Shown here: positions 1 through 18,496 of the stretch, in pieces
Position numbering within the stretch: the first letter of the stretch is position 1
Layout: each line of letters begins with the position of its first letter
Assembly: GCA_951406725.2 (NCBI GenBank)
Contig: OX597843.1
Coordinates: forward strand, 2,976,001 to 3,040,000
Length of the DNA stretch: 64,000 nucleotides
Direction of reading: 5' to 3'
Origin: Octopus vulgaris
Taxonomy: Eukaryota
Position numbers and translations under genes: made by a program
Notes under the pieces: generated by a model
The model's database searches: none
Told to the model about the DNA's origin: nothing
The model's input: the letters and a program-made list of their open reading frames with translations, nothing else

Positions 1-684
1 GCCGACCAATGCCTTGTGAGTGGATTTGGTAGACGGAAACTGAAAGAAGCCTGTCGTATATATGTATATATATATATGTGTGTATATATATATATATAGG
101 CGCAGGAGTGGCCGTGTGGTAAGTAGCTTGCTTACCAACCACATGGTTCCGGGTTCAGTCCCACTGCGTGGCATCTTGGGCAAGTGTCTTCTGCTATAGC
201 CTCGGGCCGACCAATGCCTTGTGAGTGGATTTGGTAGATGGAAACTGAATGAAGCCTGTTGTATATATATATATATAGGTGCAGGAGTGGCTGTGTGGTA
301 AGTAGCTTGCTTACCAACCACATGGTTCTGGGTTCAGTCCCACTGCGTGGCACCTTGGGCAAGTGTATTCTGCTATAGCCCCGGGCCGACCAATGCCTTG
401 TGAGTGGATTTGGTAGACGGAAACTGAAAGAAGCCTGTCGTATATATGTATATATATATATATATGAATATGTTTGTGTGTCTGTGTTTGTCTCTCTAGC
501 GTTGCTTGACAACCGATGCTGGTGTGTTTACGTCCCCGTCACTTAGCGGTTCGGCAAAAGAGACCGATAGAATAAGTACTGGGCTTACAAAAGAATAAGT
601 CCCGGGGTCGAGTTGCTCGACTAAAGGCGGTGCTCCAGCATGGCCGCAGTCAAATGACTGAAACAAGTAAAAGAGTAAAGAGTA
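1..684 (+). mobile_element. tRNA-derived SINE family A: partial head (1-57), head-only copy (99-263) and full copy (278-684)
   Basis: Head GGCGCAGGAGTGGCTGTGTGG (A-box-like) ... GGTTCAGTCCC (B-box-like); internal (TA)n; 3' tail ...GACTGAAACAAGTAAAAGAGTA. The same sequence recurs at 15.7, 16.2, 43.3 and 62.5 kb. Confidence 0.85.
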
Positions 685-744
685 ACCCCTTGTGTGTGAG
701 TGTGTCTGCGATCTTGGCCTTATATGCGAGTTCTTTCTCATATA

Positions 745-1040
745 CATTAGCAGGAACGTCTCCAATTTATCCGCCGACAAAGACACTTTTCAAAAATCGC
801 TCAGTACTATAATGCTGCATTAGAAAGGTCCAGCTTCAAGAATAGCATATACTATATTAAACCAAATATAAATAGACCAAGAATGCAGACAGAGGAAAAT
901 CTTATGGCTTAACCCACCTTATAGCATGAATGTAGCTACTAACATAGTTATGAAATTCTTAAAACTAACAGACCGCCACTTTCCACATTCATACAAATAC
1001 CACAAGATCTTCAACAGAAATACTGTTAAAGTTTGCTATG
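745..1040 (+). pseudogene. Penelope-like retroelement ORF fragment (RT thumb/linker), frameshifted
   Basis: Manual translation across two frameshifts: ISRNVSNLSADKDTFQK/AQYYNAALERSSF.../[51 protein letters not shown]. This matches the PLE 'W.NPPYS...[11 protein letters not shown]' motif. Confidence 0.8.
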
Positions 1041-1217
1041 TGTTGAGAGAGATTCCTTCGGGGTTTGAATAATTCACCTCAGGAAACATGGGTGTTTCGT
1101 TGAACATCCTTAAACAATCTTTATTCAGGGACCTCTTGAGCGGAATGGGCTACTCGACTTCAAGAAAAACTGTGCCCTATATGCAAGGTCATGCGCTGTT
1201 TATCTTGTGTCACTTTG
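1040..1217 (+). mobile_element. Family D fragment (short subfamily), opposite orientation to the copies at 10-11.8 kb
   Basis: Reverse complement of about 10340-10520, sharing the same internal deletion. Confidence 0.75.
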
Positions 1218-1361
1218 AGAGGTTAGATATGCCTGCGGTAGGCAGTCCTCATATCGCATACCGTTGGGGGGTGTTTTCATGCCAGATTGTGACTTAATGA
1301 GAACCAAGCGGACATTTTGTCCAACCCAGTGCCTCACGCAAACACGCACACACACGCATAC

Positions 1362-1494
1362 AGAAGAAGAAGAAGAAGAAGAAGAAGAAGAAGAAGAAGA
1401 AGAAGAAGAAGAAGATGAAGATGAAGATGAAGATGAATGATATGATGATGATGATGATGATGATGATGAAGAAGAAGAAGAAGAAGAAGAAGAA

Positions 1495-1528
<34 letters not shown>

Positions 1529-1755
1529 ATGATGATGAAGAAGAAGATGATGATGACGATGATGATGAAGATGAAGAAGAAGAAGGAGAAGAAGAAGAAG
1601 ATGAAGATGATGATGATGATGATGATGATGATGACGATGAAGATGACGATGAAGATGAAGAAGAAGAAGAAGAAGAAGAAGAAGATGAAGAGGAAGATGG
1701 GGGAGGAGGAGGAGGAGGAAGAGGAGGAGGAGGAGCAGGGGGAGGAGGGATGATA
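1362..1755. repeat. Compound (GAA)n/(GAT)n/(GAG)n microsatellite
   Basis: Directly visible. Confidence 0.95.
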
Positions 1756-2076
1756 TGAGAGATACAGAGAGTCAGAAAGGAAGATAGAAAAGAGAGCGAT
1801 TGGGAGAAAAAAGAAAAAAACAGGAGAGACATTGTGAGCGAGGAATGAGACGGGCAGAAGAGAGAGACACACAGACAGACACACAGACAGACAGACAGAC
1901 TGATAGACAGGCTCACGATCAAATAAAAGAAAAATATGATACAGTAAAATGGCTTGTAGATTCGTCAGATGAAGAATATGAATCCATTTGTGTTTAGAGT
2001 ATTTTGTTTTATCAATAATAATGAGGGATAATAAAGTAGCAACTATATATATATATATATGTGTATACATGGGTGA

Positions 2077-2115
<39 letters not shown>

Positions 2116-2387
2116 CATACATACGCACACATATATACATGCACACAAACACGTGTATATATATATACATATACATTTATATACATATATACATTTATAC
2201 GCATATATATATATATACAGATATGTATGTATACATATATATATAAGTATATATATACTCGCATGCATATTTATGTGCTTTGGGGATTGGGTGTGTTTCA
2301 CGTATGTTTCTACTTCGGTATAGGTTTATGCATTTACGAAAATACGCTCGCTCAAACATAAATGGTACTCACAATTACGAGTGCTTG

Positions 2388-2486
<99 letters not shown>

Positions 2487-2566
2487 TATATATATAAGTA
2501 TATATACATCTATAAATTTACATGTATACATACTTACATGTGTTTATATTTATACATGTATATGTG

Positions 2567-2597
<31 letters not shown>

Positions 2598-2821
2598 TGA
2601 TGTATATACGATACATATACAAACATCCATATATGTTTGTGCCCATATGCATAATGAACGCACACATAGATATATACATACATATACACTTACGAGAGCT
2701 CGTGTGTCTATGCATATAGATATGTGTATGTGTGTATATATATAAATATACATGTGCGTGTGTGTGTATATATATAAATATACATGTGCGTGTGTGTGTA
2801 TATATATAAATATACATGTGC

Positions 2822-2867
<46 letters not shown>

Positions 2868-2991
2868 TTATAGGCATGAATATGTGTGTGCATGTATATG
2901 TATATATGCATGCATATACACTTACGAGAGCTCGTGTGTCTATGTATATAGATATGTGTATGTGTGTATATATATATAAAGATATATGTAT

Positions 2992-3036
<45 letters not shown>

Positions 3037-3425
3037 CATGAATATGTGTGTGCATGTATATGTATATATGCATAGATCCATATACATGTCCGTGTGAAAA
3101 TGCACATGCCTAGATACATATATACAAGCATACATACATACATTCATACATGCATAAGTGCGTATATACATACATACATACACACATATATATATACAAA
3201 TATAACATGTGCTTAAAACGAAACGACGTGAAATGAAGGAAAGCCGAACAGAGCAAGAAACACGACGGAGTCACCACAACTACCACCACCACCACCACAC
3301 TAACAACAATAACAACAACAAACAAAACAACATACGTCACCTAATACCTAAATGCTTTAATAAAGACAAATAACATATATCAAAAATCAAAGCCGATCGA
3401 TACATATGTGTACATACACACACAA

Positions 3426-3529
<104 letters not shown>

Positions 3530-3893
3530 ATATATATTTCATTATTGAGTGTCTTTTTTTGTGTGTGCGAGCGCCAGCCTTTCAACGTCGACAAACTCGT
3601 GTTATCTTCGTATCAAAAGACCGCGCGAAAATTTCGTGTAATGGTGGTCTTTTTCTCGCCCGAATATTAATCACCGATTCCTTTTGCACGAATCTCACTG
3701 ACAAATGTATAATGATTCTGAAATATGAACACATACATACTGTATGTGTATATATATATATATTATGTATATTATGTATATATATATATATATACATATA
3801 TATGGCATGTAAAACAAAAACAGTTCTTATATAGATGTATATATGTATGAATTTATGAATATTATAATAAATTAATGTATATTTATATGAGTG

Positions 3894-3936
<43 letters not shown>

Positions 3937-3952
3937 CATACATGTATGTATT

Positions 3953-4001
<49 letters not shown>

Positions 4002-5009
4002 GTATATATATGTATATATATGTATGTATGTATGTATACACGGGTGAAATAAATGATCAATACAAATCAAAACGAAACGAATCGCAAATCGAACATAGAA
4101 ATGCAAAAACATTTGAATATTTTTGTACATATATATGCGTGTGTGTGTGTGTGCATATAAATACATATATATATGTATATACATATATATATATACATAT
4201 ATAAATAACATATATGTATATACATATATATACACACACATATATACACACATATATATATACAAATAAATATATATACATATAAATATACATATATATA
4301 TACATACATACCTATACATACGCACATCCATATATATATATATATAAACATATACACATATATTCATAAACATACATAAATACATACACACACACATATA
4401 TATATACATACATATGCACATATATATACACTCATATATATATATATATATACGTTTTCAATTTGTTACTTTTTGTATAAATTATTTCGTTTTGTGCTAT
4501 ATTATCATTCTTAATATTTTCTTTATCATCACCATCATCGTTATTTATTCATCTCTTTTCCCTTCCATCCATGACTCTCCCTCCCTCTCTCACTGCTCTC
4601 ACTGCTCTCCTCTCTCTCCTCTCCACTCAATCTCTCCATCTTCCTCTCGTTCTTAACCTACGTTTTTGTTTTAGAATAAAAAAAAAAATCAGTGCAAAGG
4701 AAACAGAAGATAAACTTTAAAACCGTAACCAGCATTTATAAATGTCGCGCCATTTTAGAAACTTCTTTGTATGTTTATTTATCGATGTGGTTATCCCTTT
4801 TTTTCTACTCTTTTTTTTATATTTATTTATTTATTTATTTGTTGTTGTTGTTGTTGTTGTTGTGGTTCTTGTATTTTTCTTCTGTTATTCCATTTTATGC
4901 AAATCGCCGTACTTTTTATCCTTCTTTGTGCCTGTCCTCCTCATCCAACGCCCTGGTGGCTAATAAAAGGCATCATCATCATCATCATCATCATCATCGA
5001 CACCCCAAT

Positions 5010-8012
<3,003 letters not shown>

Positions 8013-8975
8013 CACTGTTGTTGCTGTTGTTGTTTTTGTTCTTGGATTATTGTTTAATATTTTTAATGGATGTTCGTTTGGTCTGAGTTTCGTTTTAGTT
8101 TTGGGTTTTTTTTTCGGTTTATCTTATTTTCAAATTTATTGTTATTTTTATTTATTTATTTTTTTCTCTATATGTTGTTGTCGTTGTTTTTTTTTTTTTG
8201 AGGGGGAGTTTTGTTTCGAGATTTTGTTTTTATTTCTTTCCATTTCGGTTTATGTTTTTGGACTTCGAGGGCGTCGACGGCAGCGTGGCAGCGATGGCGG
8301 TTTAATGGCGGATTGTATAAGGTAGCGTTTCAAGCGAGACATAGTTGGAGAGAGGGCTGGATGTTAAGGGTTTTTGCTTGCTTTTTGGATTTCGCCGAGG
8401 TACGAATCAGTGAATTATTTATCAGAAATGGTAGAGTGCCTAACATTGATTATGTATCGATCTTCTTTTTTACGCTTTTTTTTGTTTATTGATTTTTTTC
8501 TTTGATGTGTTTGGGGGGAATTTTTTGGTGGGGGGTGTTTGCTTTGTTTTTCTTTTTTCATTTTTTCTTTGTTTTATCAGATCCGTCCTTTGAAATAAAT
8601 CTCTCAATATTTTGAAATACTCTGAAATATTCACCCAATATTCCTGGAATATTCTAGAAAAAGAAATAGTTATAAAACATAACAAACGAATCAACGATAA
8701 AGGCTTGGAGATAGTAGACAGAATCAGCAGAAATAGCAGCCAAATCTCCCTCAATCCAAACTCTACTGTCTTACGTATGTAGTTATGTATTTATGTATGT
8801 ATGCATGCATGCATGTATACATGTTTGTATGAACCAATGAAGGTTACTTCTACATGGTAGCTAGACCTGTTAGCAATAGCAGTAAACCACCCTTAAATCA
8901 CACCCCACCTACTTATATATATACCTATATATGTGCCTATATATGTGTATATGTGTGTATATATATATATGTACA

Positions 8976-9177
8976 TAAAATTAATCAAAGGACATACTAA
9001 GTACGTCTACCTGCTAGAAATAACACTTATTAAATTGCCAGAAAATACACTGATGAAAACTACAGAAATCAAACGAAGCCAAAATCAGGTTAAGTGTATT
9101 TTTTGACGATTTAATTAGAGTTTTGACTGTTATTTCTAACAGGTAGACATACTTAGTATGTCCTTTGATTAATTTTA
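8976..9177. repeat. Imperfect inverted repeat (~75-bp arms)
   Basis: AAAATTAATCAAAGGACATACTAAGTA...AAAATACAC versus GTGTATTTT...TACTTAGTATGTCCTTTGATTAATTTT. Confidence 0.85.
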
Positions 9178-9361
9178 ATCCCTCGGCTAATTAATGCTAT
9201 TTTTCGGCCTGCTATCGCCTGTGTCATTGATTCTGTTATCATTTTTTTAAATTGTTACATTGGATAATAATAGAATTAATGACACCTTCGTAAATTAATT
9301 AATTATATATACCTGCCTTCGTCTTTTGCTTATTTTCGTAAACCTTCCCGTTATATATTCT

Positions 9362-9560
9362 AAGAAATCTAATGCTCGTAGCTTAGTTTTTCCTTGGGGC
9401 TGGCCGGATCGGCGCGATCTCAAGATTAATCAGCCGAAATTGCTAGGATGATCCGGTTCTTGACTGAAGATTGAAGGCTTCGAATATCCCGTCCGTGTTT
9501 TTTGTATCGTCTTCTAAATGTTTTAAGTTCTTGGCCCAGTTTGGATTTTTCTACATATAA
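9362..9560 (+). mobile_element. Interspersed repeat family F (second copy 54228-54390), probably a PLE-type terminal sequence
   Basis: Shared AATCTAATGCTC.TAGCTTAGTTTTTCCTT...GATCTCAAGATTAATCAGCCGAAATTGC; ends in (TA)n. The classification is inference. Confidence 0.6.
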
Positions 9561-9994
9561 TATGTATATATATATATACAAATTGAGATAGGGGTTGTAG
9601 ATGCAACCCTCTATGGTATAACGTATATCCAATATACTGCTAGTGAAGTACCCAACAAAGTTAATACATAAATGTTAATGATTGCGATGCAATCAATTCA
9701 TTTACTATATTATATTTACTATATTATATTTCTAAATTCGGTATGTGATGAAGCAATTAACTGAACCCTAATTATAATTATAATTTTATATATATATATA
9801 TATGTATGTATTGGAAGGTTTGAAGAACATACGTACACAATTGAAAACCCCACTAGAATGGGAGAAAGCGCTAATATATGATCTAAGTTATATGATGTAT
9901 AAAAACATGTAATATACAAATAAATATCTGTAAATATAAACCATCCGATCTTCTGAGTACCTCATTTCTTCTAATATATATATATGTATATACA

Positions 9995-10697
9995 TCCAAA
10001 CTCCAAAGAATCCCTCTCAACACATGGCTATGATGCTCCCCCACTACTTCTGCTCATGAGCAGAGATGCACATATCGTCAGCCACTAAGGGACATGCTTA
10101 ACTGGTTAAGATCAAGCAATTGACAGCAAATCTGTGGTATTGAACAGAATATTTGCTGTAGCCCATCTTTTATACTAAGACAAAACAATGTACATGATAA
10201 CACTTCCAATCAGTTCAGAGGAGAAGCCATGAGGGCCACTGCTTGGTACTGCATCAGGGCATTTATTATTATTATTATTATTATTATTATCGTTGTTGTT
10301 GTTGTTGTTATCATTGGTTGAGAGAGCAGTGAGTGCCATCAAAGTGATACAAGATAAACAGTGCATGACCTTGCATATAGGGCCCAGTTTTTCTTGAAGC
10401 CGAGTAGCCCATTCCACTCAAGAGGTCCCTGAATGAAAGTCGTTTAAGGATGTTGAAGAAAACACCCATGTTTCCAAAGGGTGAATTATCCAACACCCCA
10501 AAGAATCCCTCTCAACACATGGCTATGATGCTCCCCCACTACTTCTGCTCGTGATCAGAGATGCACATATTGTCAGCCACCAAGGGACATGCTCAACTGG
10601 TTAAGGTCAAACAACTGACAAGCAAATCTGTGGTATTGAGCAGAATATTTGCTGTAAAACCCATCTTTTATACCAAGACAAAACAATGTACATGATA

Positions 10698-10770
<73 letters not shown>

Positions 10771-11263
10771 GAGTGAGAGAGCAGTTCATGCCATCAAAGT
10801 GACACTGGGGTAAAATATACGAAGCCCAATATACCCATCATGACTACCCGTCTGATAAAGGTACACCAGGCACATGCATCACAACCATATGTGCGTGACA
10901 TGGTGATCTCATATCAAGATAAACAGCACATGACCTTGCAGGTGGGGCCCAGTTAGAATTTTCTTCAGGTTGAGTAGCCCATCCTGCTCAAAAGGTCCCT
11001 GAATAAGGGTTGCTTTAGGATGTTGAACGAAACACCCATGTTTCCAGAGGTGAACCATTCAAACTCCAAAGAATCCCTCTCAACACATGGCCATGATGCT
11101 CCCCCACTACTTCTGCTCGTGATCAGAGATGCACATATCGTCAGCCACCAAGGGACATGCTCAACTGGTTAAGGTCAAACAACTGACAAGCAAATCTGTG
11201 GTATTGAGCAGAATATTTGCTGTAGCCCATCTTTTATACCAAGACAAAACAATGTACATGATA

Positions 11264-11315
<52 letters not shown>

Positions 11316-11827
11316 TATTATTATTATTATTATTGAGTGAGAGAGCAGTTCATGCCATCAAAGTGACACTGGGGTAAAATATACGAAGCCCAATATACCC
11401 ATCATGACTACCCATCTGATAAAGGTACACCAGGCACATGCATCACAACCATATGTGCGCGACATGGTGATCTCATATCAAGATAAACAGCACATGACCT
11501 TGCAGGTGGGGCCCAGTTAGAATTTTCTTCAGGTTGAGTAGCCCATCCTGCTCAAACGGTCCCTGAATAAGGGTTGCTTTAGGATGTTGAACGAAACACC
11601 CATGTTTCCAGAGGTGAACCATTCAAACTCCAAAGAATCCCTCTCAACACATGGCCATGATGCTCCCCCACTACTTCTGCTCGTGATCAGAGATGCACAT
11701 ATCGTCAGCCACCAAGGGACATGCTCAACTGGTTAAGGTCAAACAACTGACAAGCAAATCTGTGGTATTGAGCAGAATATTTGCTGTAGCCCATCTTTTA
11801 TACCAAGACAAAACAATGTACATGATA
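9995..11827 (-). mobile_element. Family D tandem cluster: four non-coding copies separated by (TAT)n (9995-10262, 10315-10697, 10770-11263, 11334-11827)
   Basis: Near-identical ~490-bp units. On the minus strand the complete units end ...GCTCTCTCACTC(AAT)n. Another copy at 55195-55660. Confidence 0.8.
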
Positions 11828-11932
<105 letters not shown>

Positions 11933-11942
11933 CATTAGGAAT

Positions 11943-12105
11943 GCGGTGAGCAGGAAGAGTCGTTAGTAGTACGCCGAACGTAATGCTTAGCGGAATTTCG
12001 TCCGGCATTGCGTCCGAAGTGTAAATTCCACCTACGTCGACTTTGCTGTTCGTGCAACTGTATTCGATAAAATAGGTAACAATGACTACGAAGATCGATG
12101 TGTTG
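11943..12105 (+). mobile_element. Old diverged copy of SINE family B
   Basis: GCGGTGAGC..G.AGAGTCGTTAG...AATGCTTAGCGG.ATTTCGTC...AAATTCC...GTCGACTTTGC aligns by eye to the family B head at 22650-22717. Confidence 0.65.
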
Positions 12106-12199
12106 AAATATATAGTGCACATACACACATATATATGTACATATATATATATGTATGTATATAGATGTATATGTATATATATAAATATATTTATATATT

Positions 12200-12238
<39 letters not shown>

Positions 12239-12288
12239 ATATCTGTATACATGTATGTATATATAGGTGTGTATATCTATATAGCTGC

Positions 12289-12320
<32 letters not shown>

Positions 12321-12363
12321 CTGTATACATGTATGTATATATAGGTGTGTATATCTATATAGC

Positions 12364-12414
<51 letters not shown>

Positions 12415-12680
12415 GTGTGTGTGTATGTATGAATTTGAGAGCAATGTATAAATATATAAATAAGGAGAATGAGATATATACATGTGTATACATATACACA
12501 CACACACACACACATATATATATACATATATATATCCAAATATTTGTGTATATATGTATATGAGTATATATATATTTATGTATATAGACATATATATCTA
12601 TATATATATTTTTTGCATAAATATGTATATATGTGTGTATATATATATAAATACACTCATACATATATATTAATATATAT

Positions 12681-12740
<60 letters not shown>

Positions 12741-12943
12741 GTACACACACATAAATGCATATGTGTGTGTGTGTGTGTGTGTTTCCCTGATTCAGTCTAT
12801 CTCAGCTTCAGCACATTATCTATAAACTCATCTACCTAGATATATATATATATAACAAAGACTCTAAACATAGATGTGTGCGTGTACCTGTGTGTGTTTA
12901 TGCACGCATATACGTGTATGTGTGCGTGTGTGTGTGTGTGTGT

Positions 12944-12980
<37 letters not shown>

Positions 12981-13197
12981 GTGTGTACGATTTGTTCTCA
13001 TTTTCCAGTGTTATCCTGATATCTTCATCTCTCAGCTGTATCTGTTTATCAATATTTGCCGGATTTTTAACGTTGTTCGTCTTGTCTCTGAGCATACCCC
13101 CCCCCCACCCACCCATCAACACCGTCTCCCATCCTTTTGTCATTCCTTGAGTGTGCATACGTACACACATTCATACATACATCCATACATTTATCCG

Positions 13198-13251
<54 letters not shown>

Positions 13252-13407
13252 AAAATACGTTCACCCAAATATATGTATATGAATATATACAAAGTAAATA
13301 TCTGTATTATTACTTATATATCTGCGTGTGTGTATGTATGTATATATGTATATATACATATATATATATATACACATATATACACATAAAAACACATATA
13401 TATATAT

Positions 13408-13443
<36 letters not shown>

Positions 13444-13532
13444 GCATGCATACATACATATATACATACACGCACATATATATATATGCATATAAGTTAC
13501 TGGATATTTTATGCACATATATGTTTATATGA

Positions 13533-13593
<61 letters not shown>

Positions 13594-13846
13594 TGTTTTT
13601 ATATGTATATATGTGTGTGTGTGTTTGCGACTCAATGTACAGTACATATGGAACATTGAAATATAGAACTATAAACAAATATATACACGGTTATATACAT
13701 ACCATGTACATGCATAAATATATATATCTTTTAGGCCTGTATAAATACACACACACACGCACATATATACATATATGCATACATATATATATATATACAA
13801 ATATATATATATACATATATATATGTATATATATGTATATATATAC

Positions 13847-13974
<128 letters not shown>

Positions 13975-14695
13975 GTACGTAACATACATGCATAAGTAAC
14001 ATACGTAGGAACATACACCAGTTCCGGTAGGAGTATGTTAGTCTCTATATATATACTCACTTCTGTCGTTATTTCTATCTCCACATCCTGTGTTAGTTCG
14101 CCTCCTGTCTATATTTTATCTTCCCTATTCTATCAACTCCACACAATCGGCGTTAATCTCCCTTTACTTCGCTCTTTTTTCCTTCCCTTCCAAATCTCCT
14201 TCTCTCTTTATCCGTACCGCCATTTTTCTTTGTCGTCTGTTCGTACGTACGACCATGTTTGTACGTGAACTCGTGTGTGTGTTTGTGTGTGTTTGTGTGT
14301 GTTTTGTGTCTTTAAGATGCGTTTCTATCTCTCGTGAGTCTATTTATCACAGAGATGTCGCTATGCCTATCATCTTGATGATGTCGCTGTTGTCTCTCGT
14401 GTCTTTCTGTGTCTTGTTATCTCTCTAACGGTCTTTGTGTGTGATGTGTGTGTGGGCATCTATCTTTAGTATCTCCGTTTGTGTATATATATATATATGT
14501 ACATATGCACCTATGTGCGTGCATGCGTGTATGTGTGTATTTATGTCTGTGTGTGTACATGCATTTGAGTACTTATATATGTATGTATATATATATATAC
14601 ATACATACATAAATATATATATAAACGTACACATATATGTATGATATGCTCAAAGATATACGTATATCTTTTAGCATCTTTGAATTTATATGTAC

Positions 14696-14726
<31 letters not shown>

Positions 14727-15290
14727 TATATACATGTATGTATGTATATTTATATGTACATATATTTATGTATATATATATCTATATATATATATATCTA
14801 TATATACATATATATGCATATATATACATACATAAATACATATGTGTATAAATATATATATATATGTATATATATAAATATATATATGTATGTGTATATA
14901 TGTATGTATATATGCGTATATACGCAAGTGCTCTACATTAGCTCTACATTATTTCTGTTTTCCACTGCTTATCTAACAATATCAATTTTCTTCGTATGAG
15001 AATGTATATATGGATGTGTGTATATATATATATTTTATGTGCATATATTATGTATATACGTATGTATGTGCATATTTATATTATGTATCACGCAGTAAAT
15101 ATTATAACTGATACACGTGTGTGTTTATATATACATATATGTATATATATATATATATATACACTCCTCTCTCTCTAGATATATGTATATATACATATAT
15201 GTATATATATATGCACTCCTCTCTCTCTCTAGATATATGTATATATTTTGATATTCATGCATACATGTGTGTGGTGTGTGCGTGTAGGTA

Positions 15291-15361
<71 letters not shown>

Positions 15362-15710
15362 TACATCCATACATGTGTCGGTATATCAATATTTCTATGT
15401 ATTTATTGGAAAGCTCATTTATCGACAAGAATGCCAACCACGACACCATCCCCCCCCCCCACTCACAATTCTTAAGAACCTTGTCAGCAAAGTTCTAAGA
15501 AGAATTTTTTCAGCATCTTTTCAGACAAAGGGACATTTGTCAGAACTGTAAGTTTTACCAAATAGTTACTGCTAGTGGATTTGGGGCTTAGAAAATAAAT
15601 TATTTTTACCACCGAAATCTCTGTGAATTTCTAAATACTTCGTAACTTGTCCCCGTAATATGTTGTGGTTTAATAGTCATATGGCCTGTGTGTTTAATTT
15701 AACTATCATA

Positions 15711-16128
15711 TACTCTTACTCTCTTTTACTCTTTTACTTGTTTCAGTCATTTGACTGCGGCCATGCTGGAGCACCGCCTTCAATCGAGCAACTCGACCCC
15801 GGGACTTATTCTTTTTTGTAAGCCCAGCACTTATTTTATCGGTCTCTTTTGCCGAACCGCTAAGTAACGGGGACATAAACACACCAGCATCAGTTGTCAA
15901 GCGATGCTAGAGGGACAAATACAGACACACAAACACACACACGCATATATATATATACATATATACGACGGGCTTCTTTCAGTTTCCGTCTACCAAATCC
16001 ACTCACAAGGCTTTGGTCGGCCCGAGGCTATAGTAGAAGACAGTTGCCCAAGGTGCCACGCAGTGGGACTGAACCCCGAACCATGTGGTTGGTAAACAAG
16101 CTACTTACCACACAGCCACTCCTGCGCC
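15711..16128 (-). mobile_element. SINE family A, full length
   Basis: Reverse complement of 278-684. Confidence 0.9.
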
Positions 16129-16198
16129 TAGTCAGATATATTGTTAATTAAGTCGGATAATTTAAAATCAAGATCAGATCTAGTTTCACAGTGATATA

Positions 16199-16366
16199 GG
16201 CGTAGGGACTGGCTGTGTGGTAAATAGCTTGCTTACCAACCACATGGTTCCGGGTTCAGTCCCACTGCGTGGCACCTTGGGTAAGTGTCTTCTACTATAG
16301 CCTCGGGTCGACCAAAGCCTTGTGAGTGGATTTGGTGGACGGAAACTGAAAACAAGCCCGTTGTAT
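16199..16366 (+). mobile_element. SINE family A, head only
   Basis: Matches 99-263. Confidence 0.85.
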
Positions 16367-16369
16367 ATC

Positions 16370-16487
16370 ACAACCGCCACCACTACTACTAGCACCCATA
16401 CCATCAACACCTCACCACCACATCCAGGAATGACAGCACCACCACCATCATCACCGTCAGCATGAACGACACAACTACTACTATCAT

Positions 16488-16519
<32 letters not shown>

Positions 16520-17240
16520 TCATCACGGTAACCACCAACAACACTGCGAAGTACCACAAGCGCCAACGCCACCAAGATCATGACCATCACCACTATCCCC
16601 ACCGCCATCAACAGCATCACAACCACCACCACCACTATCTCCACCTCAATCTCCACCACCGTCACCACCGTGGCTACCGCCGACCCCACAACTACCACCA
16701 TCATCACTACCACCACACACCATCACAACCACCTCCACCACCACCACAATCTCCACCACCGTCACCACCATGGCTACCGCCGCCACCACAACTACAACCA
16801 TCATCACTACCACCACCACACCACCATCACAACCATCTCCACCACCACCTCAATCTCCACCACCGTCACCACCATGGCTACCACCGCCACCACAACTACA
16901 ACCATCACTGCCACCACTTCACCACCACCACCACCCACCATCACAACCACCACTACCACTACCACCACCATCTCCACCACCACCACCACCACCGCCGCCA
17001 CCGCCACCATCACTACACCAGCGCCGCTACCACAATCACCACCATCGCAACCACCACCACCACTACCACCACCATCTCCACCACCACCACCACCGCCGCC
17101 ACCGCCACCATCACTACACCAGCGCCGCCACCACAATCACCACCATCGCAACCACCACCACCACTACCACCACCATCGCAACCACCACCACCACCGCCGC
17201 CGCCACCGTCACCATCACTACACCAGCGCCGCCACAATCC
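16370..17240. repeat. (ACC)n-derived low-complexity tract with ~100-bp higher-order duplications
   Basis: CCATCACTACACCAGCGCCGC occurs three times and CAATCTCCACCACCGTCACCACC.TGGCTACC three times. Confidence 0.9.
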
Positions 17241-17539
17241 ATCGCCTGGCATCGCCTTCATTCCTAAAAACCATCCAAACCTTGAATCACGAAACGCCGA
17301 AAACAATTGTCTGTTCGGATCGAAACGCGTAACTTCCGGCTGCAGACCGGAACGTGATGGCTGCAGGTAGATGGCGCTGCGGCTGGTGTGGTTTGCCATC
17401 GTTACACAATTCTGAGCATAGCCTCTAACGATAGGATTGCTGGGTGACTAGCTAGCTAGCTAGCTATTTAGATAGTTAGATAGTTAAATAGTTAGCTAGT
17501 TAATCAGGTAGATACGTAGGTAGGTAGGTAGGTATGTAG

Positions 17540-18140
<601 letters not shown>

Positions 18141-18496
18141 GGTATGCAAGCAGATAGATATATATAGACAGGCAGGCACACAGCGAGACAAGCCGACAGT
18201 ATTAAAGACAGACGATAAATATAAAGAAGCCATTTTCTTTTAATCACCAATCTCATCAACGTTTCCTCATTAACACACGTTCACGTACTCTCACATTCAC
18301 ACACACACACACACATACACACACACACGGATACGTATATGAACTACCATCATTGTCATCATCATCATCATCAGCATTATCATCAGACTCAACGTCGTCG
18401 TCGTTGTCGTCATCAATAGCTTTATCGTATTATCTATCGAAGCATCTAGTTAAGCTAATTTTCTATGTAAATATATCTATCTGTATAGCTATTGGT

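Noticed and set aside
99-175. Functional tRNA genes at SINE heads (also 18659 and 22650)
   Set aside because: A and B boxes are present but there is no convincing cloverleaf, and each continues into a SINE body.
9415-9495. Type-II/III hammerhead in family F (and a similar CTGAAGA at 50622)
   Set aside because: TCAAGA/TCTTGA could pair, but no properly placed stem II, GAAA and stem III could be built.
16462-17370. Pro/Thr/His-rich extensin- or mucin-like ORFs
   Set aside because: (ACC)n-derived tract open in all three frames; no coding asymmetry.
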